Made by a program: the position numbers and the translations under genes
The notes under the pieces: generated by a model
Database searches by the model: none
What the model was told of the DNA's origin: nothing
What the model saw: the letters and a program-made list of their open reading frames with translations, nothing else
Source of the DNA: Azospirillaceae bacterium
GTDB lineage: Bacteria > Pseudomonadota > Alphaproteobacteria > Azospirillales > Azospirillaceae
Direction: 5' to 3'
Length of the DNA stretch: 64,000 nucleotides
Assembly (NCBI GenBank): GCA_028281465.1
Contig: JANQJV010000345.1
Location: 6,745 to 70,744 of the forward strand
Shown: one piece after another, positions 48,200-56,638 of the stretch
Layout of the letters: each line of letters opens with the position of its first letter
Position numbering within the stretch: position 1 is the first letter of the stretch

Positions 48200-48445
48200 A
48201 TGGATGCGGAAGCAGCACGGTATATCGGAGAGGGAATGAAGTATATCGGTGCCGGTTTGGCCGTGGTCGGCCTGTTCGGTGTCGGTCTCGGAATATCGAA
48301 TATTTTCTCCACGCTTATTAACTCTACCGCGCGCAATCCGCCGATGCAGGAGAAGTTGTTCCCGATCGGTGTGCTTGGGTTCGCGTTGACCGAGGCTGTG
48401 GCCCTGTTCGCACTTTTGATCGCGTTCCTGATTCTGTTCGGTTGA
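48200..48445 (+). CDS. atpE: F0F1 ATP synthase subunit c, copy 2 (Gly-rich helix 1)
   Basis: 81 aa from ATG 48200 ([12 protein letters not shown]...), or 69 aa from ATG 48236 (MKYIGAG...), which follows GGAGAGGGA. Helix 1 GLFGVGLG, loop ARNPPMQ, helix 2 [11 protein letters not shown]. Confidence 0.85.
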   Translation: MDAEAARYIGEGMKYIGAGLAVVGLFGVGLGISNIFSTLINSTARNPPMQEKLFPIGVLGFALTEAVALFALLIAFLILFG

Positions 48446-48551
48446 AGACCACGACCGAACCGGTGCCGGACCCCGCGGTGATCCCCTGCGCAATCTTGTC
48501 CTAATTTCACATTGTGCCATTATTTCAATAGGTTACCGTGTGGAAATCCGC

Positions 48552-48580
48552 TTGACAGGGCAGGGGGGCACTCCTAAGGT
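48552..48580 (+). promoter_or_regulatory. candidate sigma70-type promoter for atpI-atpB-atpF'-atpF
   Basis: TTGACA (48552-48557), 17-nt spacer, TAAGGT (48575-48580), about 85 nt upstream of atpI. An 8-bp hairpin cgatcatc/gatgatcg at 48627-48649 lies in the putative leader. Confidence 0.35.
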
Positions 48581-48664
48581 CAGTTTTCGAATTAATCGTT
48601 GCCCATAGGTAGCATACTGTCGGTCCCGATCATCAGATAAGGATGATCGTCGAGGTCGCGTTGG

Positions 48665-49060
48665 ATGGGTGAGATGTCCGACGAAAAGACACGCCAGGCG
48701 CTGCAGGACCTCAATGTCCGTTTGCATCACGCGCGCGAGCGCGAGCGGGTTCGTATGGGACCGCGTGGCGTCGGACACGGGTTGCCAGGCAGCACGATGG
48801 GCATGGCTTTCCGCATTGCGGTTGAGCTTGTGGTTGGTATTGGAGTTGGCCTTGGTCTCGGCCTAGCCATCGATTATGGCTTGGGGACTGCGCCCTGGGG
48901 CATGATCATCATGTTTTTCTTCGGCGCTGGAGCTGGAGTCAATAACGTCTTCCGGGCGGCGACGGTCCTAGCAGGTGGTGTGACGCCGGCGTCGGGTGCT
49001 GGTTCGACTGGCCAACCACCGGTGGGTGATGATGCCGGCGCCAAGCCTGGAACGGGGTGA
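48665..49060 (+). CDS. atpI: ATP synthase protein I (AtpI-like)
   Basis: 131 aa with two Gly-rich TM segments (MGMAFRIAVELVVGIGVGLGLGLAIDY; WGMIIMFFFGAGAG), positioned immediately upstream of atpB as in other alphaproteobacterial F0 operons. Confidence 0.65.
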   Translation: MGEMSDEKTRQALQDLNVRLHHARERERVRMGPRGVGHGLPGSTMGMAFRIAVELVVGIGVGLGLGLAIDYGLGTAPWGMIIMFFFGAGAGVNNVFRAATVLAGGVTPASGAGSTGQPPVGDDAGAKPGTG

Positions 49061-49199
49061 TGATGACGGCAGTGCGGCAGGGATGCCGGCGCAGGCGGCC
49101 CGTGCGCGCAGTCGAAGCTCGGTCTTGGGAATTTGGTCAAGGTGACGCCGGTCCGACCGGGTTGCCGCCGCCGTGTGGTAAAATGGGGTAAGGACAGCC

Positions 49200-49946
49200 G
49201 TGGATCCGCTGCATCAGTTCGAGATACTTCCGATTGCGGAAATCGCCATAGGCGGTATCGACTTTTCCTTCACCAATTCGGCATTTGCGATGGCGATCGC
49301 CGTCGTCCTCATCCATAGCCTGCTGGTGATCGGCATGCGCCATGCGGCCATGGTCCCGGGGCGGATGCAGTCGATTGTCGAAATCCTGTATCAATTTGTG
49401 GCGCGCATGGTGCACGATAATGCCGGCTCGAGCGCGCGCCCTTACGTGCCGTTCGTGTTTGCCGTATTTACCTTCGTTTTGTTCGGCAATCTGCTCGGCA
49501 TGGTGCCCGGTTTTTTCACCTTCACCAGCCACATCATCGTCACCTTCGGCCTTGCCACGATCGTGATCACATTCGTCACGGTGCTCGGGTTCGTCAAACA
49601 CGGACTGCATTTCTTCAGCCTGTTTCTGCCGACGGGGGCCCCCCTGGCCCTTGCACCGGTTATCGTGCCGCTGGAGATGATCTCGTACCTGACGCGGCCG
49701 ATTAGCTTGTCGGTTCGGTTGTTTGCCAACATGATGGCAGGCCACACCATGCTGAAGGTGTTTGCTGGTTTTTCGGTCATGGCCATCGGTGCGCTCGGTG
49801 AATTTCCGGGGCTCCTCGCGGCGTTTGGTCCGGTGGTGATCAACGTGGCGCTGACGGCGTTTGAATTACTGGTTGCGTGCCTGCAAGCCTATGTGTTTGC
49901 CGTGTTGACGTGTCTTTATCTGCACGACGCGCTCGAACTGCATTGA
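49200..49946 (+). CDS. atpB: F0F1 ATP synthase subunit a
   Basis: GTG start at 49200 after AAGGA. Conserved essential Arg region (ISLSVRLFANMMAGH) and the C-terminal LQAYVF motif. Confidence 0.95.
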   Translation: MDPLHQFEILPIAEIAIGGIDFSFTNSAFAMAIAVVLIHSLLVIGMRHAAMVPGRMQSIVEILYQFVARMVHDNAGSSARPYVPFVFAVFTFVLFGNLLGMVPGFFTFTSHIIVTFGLATIVITFVTVLGFVKHGLHFFSLFLPTGAPLALAPVIVPLEMISYLTRPISLSVRLFANMMAGHTMLKVFAGFSVMAIGALGEFPGLLAAFGPVVINVALTAFELLVACLQAYVFAVLTCLYLHDALELH

Positions 49947-50055
49947 TCACGTGATGAATGGCCGTCCGCGGAGCGGCGGGGCCGGCGTTTCGCGGCTCTT
50001 CTGCCGGCGACCGAGCGGGCCGGCGGTTTCAACCGACTGGACAGACGAAGGATGC

Positions 50056-50808
50056 ATGATGGGCACGGGTGAGCAAGGCAGATGGGTCGGTCGGTGGCTG
50101 ACCGTCCTGGCCATGATGGTGCTGCTTGGGTGGGCCGAACCTGGGGCCGCCGCGGATGCTCCGGCGCAGGCAGGTCATGGTACGACGAATGGAGAGGCTC
50201 ATACGGCGTCTGCGGACAGTCACGCAGCCTCGAACGCCCACGATGCAGCGGACGCCCATGGGGCGGCGGATGGCCATGGTGACGCCCACGGCCATGGCGG
50301 CGAGCATTCCGGCGGATTGCCGCAGCTCAACCCCGAAACGTTTCCGACCCAACTGCTGTGGTTGGGTATCACTTTCGCCACACTGTATTTTTTGGTCGCG
50401 CATGTTGCCTTGCCCAAGGTGGTGGAAACCGTGGAGGTGCGGGAAAGCCGCATTGCCCACGATATTGACCGTGCTGACGAACTGAAGATCGAGGCGGAGA
50501 CGCTGGGCAATCAAACCGAGGCGGTGTTGTCGGGCGCGCGCTCCAAGGCGCAGGCGTCGATCACCCATGCGCTCGAAGAGGTGGAAAAACAGCGGCGGCT
50601 CCGGCTTGAGCAATTGGAGGTCGAGCTGGCATCGCGGTTGGAAACTTCCGAAACCCGCATCCAGATCGCGAAGGAGAAGGCGCTCGCTGAGGTGCAAATC
50701 GGAGCGGCGAGCCTGGTGCAGGATTTGAACAAACGCCTGGTTGGCGCCAACATTCCTGTTGCGGCTGCGCGCCGGGCCGTCGCGTCAGTCGGAAGGGAGA
50801 GCGGTTGA
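50056..50808 (+). CDS. atpF2: F0F1 ATP synthase subunit b' with an extended His-rich N-terminal region
   Basis: Canonical b' core (GLPQLNPETFPTQLLWLGITFATLYFLVAHVALPKV...) preceded by a signal-like segment (WLTVLAMMVLLGWAEPGAAA) and a ~45-aa H/A/D/G-rich stretch. Start chosen at ATG 50056. Confidence 0.8.
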   Translation: MMGTGEQGRWVGRWLTVLAMMVLLGWAEPGAAADAPAQAGHGTTNGEAHTASADSHAASNAHDAADAHGAADGHGDAHGHGGEHSGGLPQLNPETFPTQLLWLGITFATLYFLVAHVALPKVVETVEVRESRIAHDIDRADELKIEAETLGNQTEAVLSGARSKAQASITHALEEVEKQRRLRLEQLEVELASRLETSETRIQIAKEKALAEVQIGAASLVQDLNKRLVGANIPVAAARRAVASVGRESG

Positions 50809-51293
50809 TGCTGTTGGATGCAACCTTTTGGGTCTTTGTCGCTTTTGTTATCTTCATTGCCATGGTGTTCCGGCGTGCCAGCCGGACCCTCCTGCAGGCA
50901 TTGGACAAACGCGCGGCTGACATCAAGAATGACATCGAGAATGCACGGAAACTCCTAGAGGATGCACAGAAGCTGAAAGCGGAGCAGGAGCAACGTGCCG
51001 AGCAGGCGGTGCGGCAAGCGGCGGAGATCGAAGCCAGCGGCGAGGAGACGGCCCGCCGCATCCGTGAGCAGGCTGTGCAGGAGTTGCGCACGGTCATCGA
51101 CCGGCGTGAGGCCCAGGTCATGAACCGAATCGCCTTGGCCGAGAAGGCAGCCGTTCGGGAGGTGCGCAATCAGGTGGTCGATCTGGCCGTTGCCACCACC
51201 CGTCAGATGCTCCGTGACCGGACGCCCAAAGCGGACGAACCGGATCCTGAGGTCGAGACTGCGATCCAATCCTTGGCGGTCAACCTGCACTAG
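50808..51293 (+). CDS. atpF: F0F1 ATP synthase subunit b
   Basis: Single N-terminal TM (FWVFVAFVIFIAMVF), then a long charged helix. ATG 50808 overlaps the b' stop (TGATG); the track lists TTG 50805. Confidence 0.85.
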   Translation: MLLDATFWVFVAFVIFIAMVFRRASRTLLQALDKRAADIKNDIENARKLLEDAQKLKAEQEQRAEQAVRQAAEIEASGEETARRIREQAVQELRTVIDRREAQVMNRIALAEKAAVREVRNQVVDLAVATTRQMLRDRTPKADEPDPEVETAIQSLAVNLH

Positions 51294-51314
51294 GACCGCT
51301 ATGCGGACAGGGCG

Positions 51315-51950
51315 TCAACCCCCGTCGGTTGACGCCGTCGCGCCTCTTGCCAGTGACCAGGCCAGCGCAATGTCGGCGTTGAACAGCGGCACATCACGCC
51401 AGCGTCCACGCATCAGGTAGCTGGGATGGAAGGTTGGCACCACCGGCACATGAGGCAGGAGAGGGCAGGTTTGGAGAGTGCCGCGGAGGGCAAGGAGGCC
51501 GGAGCGACGGGCAAGGGCCCAAAGGGGCGTGCGGCCCAGCGCAACAATGGCCTGTGGGTTGTATCGGCGCAGGATGCCGTGCAAATGCGACACCTCTCCG
51601 GCGAACAGCGCTCGGCAATAGGCCGATGTGCCAAAGGGTCCAAGCGCTTCGTCCACAGACGTATTCTCACGCCCGGCTTGGCGCCGCGATACAAAGAAGT
51701 GCGAAACTTTGTTGTCGGGCGGCTGCAGACGAAACACATTCGCCACCAAGCAGGCACCGCGATCAATGCCGGCCGTGGCCAAGGCCTCGTTAAGCAATTT
51801 ACCACTTCGTCCGGCGAAAGGGTAACCCAATCGCACCTCGTCGCGCCCTGGTGCTTCGCCGATGAGGGCAAGACGCCCGGTTGTTGGCGGTGATGCTGGA
51901 AAGGCATGCTCCACGATTGGCCAGTCTGGTTGATCAGGGAGGACGGGCAT
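51315..51950 (-). CDS. uracil-DNA glycosylase superfamily protein (family 4/5 type)
   Basis: Motif A GEAPGRDE and motif B HPSYLMRG, with FAGRSGKLLNEAL between them. Confidence 0.85.
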   Translation of the reverse strand: MPVLPDQPDWPIVEHAFPASPPTTGRLALIGEAPGRDEVRLGYPFAGRSGKLLNEALATAGIDRGACLVANVFRLQPPDNKVSHFFVSRRQAGRENTSVDEALGPFGTSAYCRALFAGEVSHLHGILRRYNPQAIVALGRTPLWALARRSGLLALRGTLQTCPLLPHVPVVPTFHPSYLMRGRWRDVPLFNADIALAWSLARGATASTDGG

Positions 51951-52530
51951 CGGACCTTTTAGGTTTTATGATCGGGACTAAATGGAAGGGATATGCGCGC
52001 GGCGTTGGCGCCTGCGACGACATTCCCGTCGTCGTCACTCAAGTGGGAGACGTGGCGGTAAGTCAACAGCCAATTGCATGGCAGACCATGTGTGCCGTGC
52101 CAGGGGAGCCGGTCGCCCAACACTGGATCGATCGGTTGGACGCAGAGCGCCGGATCGATCGGACTCACTGTTGAGAGTTGCGCGACACCGCTTGTTTCAT
52201 GCTCGGGCGACGTCGGAGGTTTAGGTTTCGTCGCTGTGCAGCAGTTTGCCGTGGCCGCGGCTATCCTGGCCGCTATGGACGGTCACCCCCTTGGAGCCGA
52301 CCGGCGTTTTGAGGCACTGCACCGTCGCGTTCCGGATACAGAAGGGTGACGGGCTGCATGGGAATGCGGTCACCACGGCAGACGAGATCAACGCGCTATC
52401 ACCGATATGGTGACTTCAAAAAAAGGGTACCGTGCATTCGAAGCCTCCCCGAGGCCGCCACGGCTAAACCGAAGAAGCGCGCACCAACGCGTCAACCGAG
52501 AGGACCGCGCCGACCGAAAGGGTGTGGACC

Positions 52531-53205
52531 TCAGAATTGTAGAAATGGATTCAGGAACCGCCCCACAAGTCCGGTCAGGCGTACCGGTGCGCTTGTGACG
52601 GTCAGGCATAAGCAATCTGCATCCCGGTCAGCGATCGGACGATGGTCCACACTACCGTCGTGGAATGCAAAGTCGCCGCGCAGGAAATGCCCCATGTCGT
52701 CCTGGAATCCACCGGACAGCACCAATGTCATTTCCGTGCCTCGGTGCGTATGCTGCGGCACGGCCATGCCGGCACGGATGCGGATCAGCCGTGCTTTTGG
52801 GGCAGCACTGCGATCCAACCCAATATCCAGCTCATCAAGGCCGCGCATGACTGGGTTCCACACAATCTGATGGGCTACCACGCCGACGTAGCTGCGCAGA
52901 GGTTGCGGCAAGACCAGATCTTCCGCCTGCACCGATGACGCTGGCACGCGGCGTGGCGCAGGCGGTCCCGTCATCGCGCCATCAAGCTGTGCCAGAACGG
53001 CTGCGCGTGCATCCGACGAAACCGTGGTCGGGGCCACATCCTCCAACAACGCGCCACCGATGGCCTCGAAGCCGCTCACCGCGGTGCGACAGGACGGACA
53101 GAGCGCCAGGTGCGACGCAACGATCAGTGCTTCCGCCTCGGTTAGACTGCCATCGGCGTAGTCGAGTAAGAGTTCGTCGGAAGGGTGGTGGGTCGGGGCT
53201 TTCAT
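52531..53205 (-). CDS. chrR: anti-sigma factor ChrR family (zinc-binding ASD plus cupin domain)
   Basis: N-terminal H-x3-C-x2-C anti-sigma domain (ASHLALCPSCR) and a C-terminal cupin (HTHRGTEMTLVLSG). Overlaps the sigma factor stop by 4 nt. Confidence 0.85.
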   Translation of the reverse strand: MKAPTHHPSDELLLDYADGSLTEAEALIVASHLALCPSCRTAVSGFEAIGGALLEDVAPTTVSSDARAAVLAQLDGAMTGPPAPRRVPASSVQAEDLVLPQPLRSYVGVVAHQIVWNPVMRGLDELDIGLDRSAAPKARLIRIRAGMAVPQHTHRGTEMTLVLSGGFQDDMGHFLRGDFAFHDGSVDHRPIADRDADCLCLTVTSAPVRLTGLVGRFLNPFLQF

Positions 53206-53777
53206 ACCGGCTCCTTCAGAACCTTGCGCAAACGCTCCAGCGCAAGGCGCAAACGTGATTTTACAGTCCCGAGGGGGATTCCTTTGCGCGACGATATGGC
53301 GCTGTGCGGAATATCCTCGAAATACGCCAGGTGCAGCAACTCCGCCTGCTCCGGTGGCAGAGAAGCGATGGCTGCTTGCAAACGTTTGGTCTCTTGTGCC
53401 GTTTCAACCATCACATCGGCGGATTCCGGCATCGGTGGCACGAGGGCAGGGTCGTCGGGATCGATCTCCGGCCGGCGTTCGCGCCGGATGCCATCGATTC
53501 GCTTATTTCGGGCGATCGTGAATACCCAGGTGCTCGCATTAGCCTGTGCCGGGTCAAATGTCTCCGCACGTCGCCAAACCAGCAACATTGCTTCCTGAAC
53601 CAGTTCCTCTGCACTGCCCGCATCGGTTCCTAGACGCAGGAGATAGGACTTGAGGCGCGGTGCGAAATGATCAAACAAGGCCGCAAAAGCTTGGCGGTCC
53701 CGGGATTGTCCGACGGCCAAGAGCAACTCGTTCAACGGCGCGTTACCTCGAGCGACGCCGGCATTATGCTCGGTCAT
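53202..53777 (-). CDS. rpoE: ECF-type RNA polymerase sigma factor (RpoE/ChrR-partner type)
   Basis: Region 2 (FAALFDHFAPRLKSYLLR...AEELVQEAMLLVWR) and region 4 (LPPEQAELLHLAYFEDIPHSAISSRKGIPLGTVKSRL). Start at ATG 53777, or possibly 53849. Confidence 0.85.
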   Translation of the reverse strand: MTEHNAGVARGNAPLNELLLAVGQSRDRQAFAALFDHFAPRLKSYLLRLGTDAGSAEELVQEAMLLVWRRAETFDPAQANASTWVFTIARNKRIDGIRRERRPEIDPDDPALVPPMPESADVMVETAQETKRLQAAIASLPPEQAELLHLAYFEDIPHSAISSRKGIPLGTVKSRLRLALERLRKVLKEPV

Positions 53778-53886
53778 ACTTCGACCCGACTTCGGTGTCT
53801 GCCAACCCATCAGAACCAAAAGGCGATGGGGGGTTTGTCTCCGTAGCATGCTAGCCTACTGATGCTCGTTCCCAACAACCAAAAGT

Positions 53887-53914
53887 GTTACGAGAAAGGA
53901 TGCCGTGCGGTTCA
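53887..53914 (-). promoter_or_regulatory. candidate autoregulated ECF (ChrR-group) promoter TGAACC-N16-CGTAAC
   Basis: Minus-strand TGAACC (53914-53909), 16-nt spacer, CGTAAC (53892-53887). It resembles the TGATCC...CGTA-type consensus I recall for RpoE-ChrR regulons. Confidence 0.35.
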
Positions 53915-54037
53915 TCGGGTGGCGAGATTTTGCCGACTGGCACCCGGGGCATGCTCCGGCGCGGGAGGGGTGGAAATCCCCTGGGCAGGTGGGCTAGTTT
54001 GCGGCCACTCGTTCACGTCAGGTGTTTTCGTCCAACC

Positions 54038-54586
54038 ATGCAGGCTCCAATGTCGTCACGCATCTCGATCGCCCTGGCCCTGTTCGCCTTTGCCGTCGTC
54101 GTGCTGCCCGCGCCGGGCAGCTTCGCCCAGAGTGCCGAAGAGATCACCGATCTGGGAACGTTTCAGGATTGGCGGACCTTCAGTTTTCTGGAGGGCGGGA
54201 ACAAGGTCTGTTACATGCTTAGCGTACCAACCCAGGCACGCCACGGTAATCGTCAGCGCGGTGATATCTATGCGCTGGTCACACACCGGCCCGCCCAGGA
54301 GAGTTTCAATGTCGTCAGTTTCATTGCCGGCTATACCTATAAGCCGGGCAGTGAAGTGACGGTGAACATCGGGTCACGCAGTTTCAAGTTGTTCACGGAA
54401 GGAGACGGCGCTTGGGCCCGGGATGGCGAGACCGACCGTGCCTTGGTGGCGGCGATCCGTCGTGGCTTGACCATGGAGGTGCGTGGCGAATCATCCCGTG
54501 GTACGCAAACGCGGGATACCTACAGTTTGCGGGGTTCATCCTCGGCGCTGGATGCCATCAACCGCGGCTGCAATGTCCAGGGCTGA
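54038..54586 (+). CDS. invasion-associated locus B (IalB) family periplasmic protein
   Basis: Signal peptide (ISIALALFAFAVVVLPAPGSFA), then an IalB-like pattern (FQDWRTFSF...KVCYMLS...GAWARDGETDRALVAAIRRG...). Start at ATG 54038. Confidence 0.7.
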   Translation: MQAPMSSRISIALALFAFAVVVLPAPGSFAQSAEEITDLGTFQDWRTFSFLEGGNKVCYMLSVPTQARHGNRQRGDIYALVTHRPAQESFNVVSFIAGYTYKPGSEVTVNIGSRSFKLFTEGDGAWARDGETDRALVAAIRRGLTMEVRGESSRGTQTRDTYSLRGSSSALDAINRGCNVQG

Positions 54587-54682
54587 CCCCGTCGATGTCG
54601 CTCGAAATTGGCTGAGTGGCGACGGGTGGGGCAGTGTGCGCCTGGAACGGGACCGTCGGCACTGGGAAGGAAGAGCGTAATC

Positions 54683-55837
54683 ATGGGTGGTGGTGGTCAC
54701 GCGGCGGCGTTTGCGCCGCCTGCGCGGTCGTCTTCAAATGTGACTGACCTTGTCGGCCTCACACGGGACCAATTGGCCGCACGTCTGGCCGAACTTGGGC
54801 TGGAAGGGTTCCGGACCGGGCAGGTTTGGCAGTGGCTGTATCACCGCGGTGCCACCAGTTTCGACGCCATGACCAATCTGGCCAAGCCAGTCCGTCGGAT
54901 GCTTGCCGACTGCTTCCAAATCGGCCGCTTGACTGTGAGCCGTGAGCAGATTTCCGCCGATGGGACGCGAAAATGGTTGCTGCGTACGGACGATGGCCAG
55001 GAGATTGAAACGGTCTTCATTCCTGATGAAGACCGTGGCACCCTTTGTATCTCGTCCCAGGTCGGATGCACCCTAACCTGTCGGTTTTGCCACACCGGCA
55101 CCCAGAAACTCGTCCGCAATCTGTCCGCCGCGGAGATCGTTGGTCAGGTTTTACTGGCGCGCGACCGGCTCGGCGAGTGGCCGGCGTCGACGCAGAACCG
55201 CCGGATCACCAACATCGTGCTGATGGGGATGGGCGAACCGCTTTACAATTACGACAATGTCGCGTTGGCACTACGCATCGTGCTGGATGCTGAGGGGATC
55301 GCCGTATCGCGCCGACGCATCACGCTTTCCACGTCTGGCGTGGTGCCCATGATGGCGCAATGTGGCGAAGAGTTAGGGGTCAATTTGGCGGTCAGCCTGC
55401 ATGCTGTCACCGACGATCTGCGCAACCAGCTCATACCCTTGAATCGCAAGTATCCGTTGGATGCATTGCTTACGGCTTGTCGGCTTTATCCCGGTGTCAA
55501 CAATGCCCGACGCATCACCTTCGAGTATGTCATGCTGCGCGACGTCAATGATTCCGTTGCGGATGCGCGCGCGTTGGTGACTCTTCTCCGAGGCATCCCG
55601 GCCAAGATCAACCTGATTCCGTTCAATCCGTGGCCCGGCGCGCCGTTCGAACGCTCAACCGACAGGACCATTGTCAAATTTGCGGATATCGTCAACGCGG
55701 CCGGCTATGCGAGCCCTGTGCGCACGCCACGCGGTGAGGACATCATGGCGGCCTGTGGGCAACTGAAGTCAGCCAGCCTACGCGTACGCCATGCTCTGAA
55801 AGAAGCAACAGCCACAACCACGGCCGATGCGGCATGA
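54683..55837 (+). CDS. rlmN: 23S rRNA (adenine2503-C2)-methyltransferase, radical SAM
   Basis: Radical SAM cluster motif [20 protein letters not shown], and the C-terminal catalytic Cys region (IMAACGQL). Start at ATG 54683. Confidence 0.92.
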   Translation: MGGGGHAAAFAPPARSSSNVTDLVGLTRDQLAARLAELGLEGFRTGQVWQWLYHRGATSFDAMTNLAKPVRRMLADCFQIGRLTVSREQISADGTRKWLLRTDDGQEIETVFIPDEDRGTLCISSQVGCTLTCRFCHTGTQKLVRNLSAAEIVGQVLLARDRLGEWPASTQNRRITNIVLMGMGEPLYNYDNVALALRIVLDAEGIAVSRRRITLSTSGVVPMMAQCGEELGVNLAVSLHAVTDDLRNQLIPLNRKYPLDALLTACRLYPGVNNARRITFEYVMLRDVNDSVADARALVTLLRGIPAKINLIPFNPWPGAPFERSTDRTIVKFADIVNAAGYASPVRTPRGEDIMAACGQLKSASLRVRHALKEATATTTADAA

Positions 55838-55882
55838 GTCAGTCGAGCGGGCCGGGGCCGGTGCGCGGGCTGGGATCGTCGG

Positions 55883-56638
55883 TCAGCGTGGCGCCACGCG
55901 ATTGATCTTGTCGAGCCGGGCAATCAATTCGTTTAGCTGATTGCCGATCTGCCGAACTTCCCCTTGCACTTGATCGATCTCGTTCGGTTCATCGCGCATG
56001 GATTCGCGTCGTGCAACCCGGCGTGCTTCTCGCCGAGATTCCCGCCGAACCGACGAGGGCGTTGTAGACCCATTGGTTTTGCCGTTCATCTCAACCGACT
56101 CCGCCTGCGGCCGCTTATCCGCGGCCGTCTGCCGTGCGGCAGACCGACGGCGCAGGGCCAATCGCGAGGCTGAGCGTGGTGCCAAGGCGTAGCGTCGACC
56201 ATTGTCTGACAATGTCCGCCGGTCCGACACACGCGTGGCCACGGTCGATTCCAAATCGGTCATCTGCTTGGTCAACTGCACCTGGCCCTGCTCCACATTG
56301 GCCAGTTGTTTGCCGTGTTGGCATTGCTCCTCTTCCAGACGAGTCAACTGCTTGACCTGTCGGCTTTGGCCTTCCTCGATCCGCGCCAGATGGTCATCTC
56401 CAGCCGAGCGTACTTCCTCGAGCCGGCCGATTGCTTCCGCCTGGCGGGCGATGGTGTCATTGACCTGGCTGATTGCCTCTTCGACGCGGGTGATATGCTC
56501 AGTCTGCCGGTTCAGACTCTGCCCTTGACGATTGTGGCTGGCCTCCAACCGCGCCAAGCGCTCATCAATGCTTTCCAGGAGTGAGAGCAGGCGCTGGAGC
56601 TGCGGCTTCAGTTCGTCTGTAGGATTTCGCATGTTCAT
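55883..56638 (-). CDS. coiled-coil protein with 14-residue tandem repeats, function unknown
   Basis: Start at ATG 56638 (MNMRNPTDEL...). The central ~100 aa show period-14 repeats (LARIEEGQSRQVKQ / LTRLEEEQCQHGKQ / LANVEQGQVQLTKQ / MTDLE...). Arg-rich basic region and a second short coiled segment at the C-terminus. Confidence 0.6.
   Translation of the reverse strand: MNMRNPTDELKPQLQRLLSLLESIDERLARLEASHNRQGQSLNRQTEHITRVEEAISQVNDTIARQAEAIGRLEEVRSAGDDHLARIEEGQSRQVKQLTRLEEEQCQHGKQLANVEQGQVQLTKQMTDLESTVATRVSDRRTLSDNGRRYALAPRSASRLALRRRSAARQTAADKRPQAESVEMNGKTNGSTTPSSVRRESRREARRVARRESMRDEPNEIDQVQGEVRQIGNQLNELIARLDKINRVAPR

Noticed and set aside
47615-51293. The idea that the extra c subunit belongs to an N-ATPase (atpDCQRBEFAG) type operon
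   Set aside because: No atpQ/atpR-like genes and no alpha, beta, gamma or epsilon genes are present. The locus otherwise matches a standard alphaproteobacterial split F0 operon (I, a, b', b).
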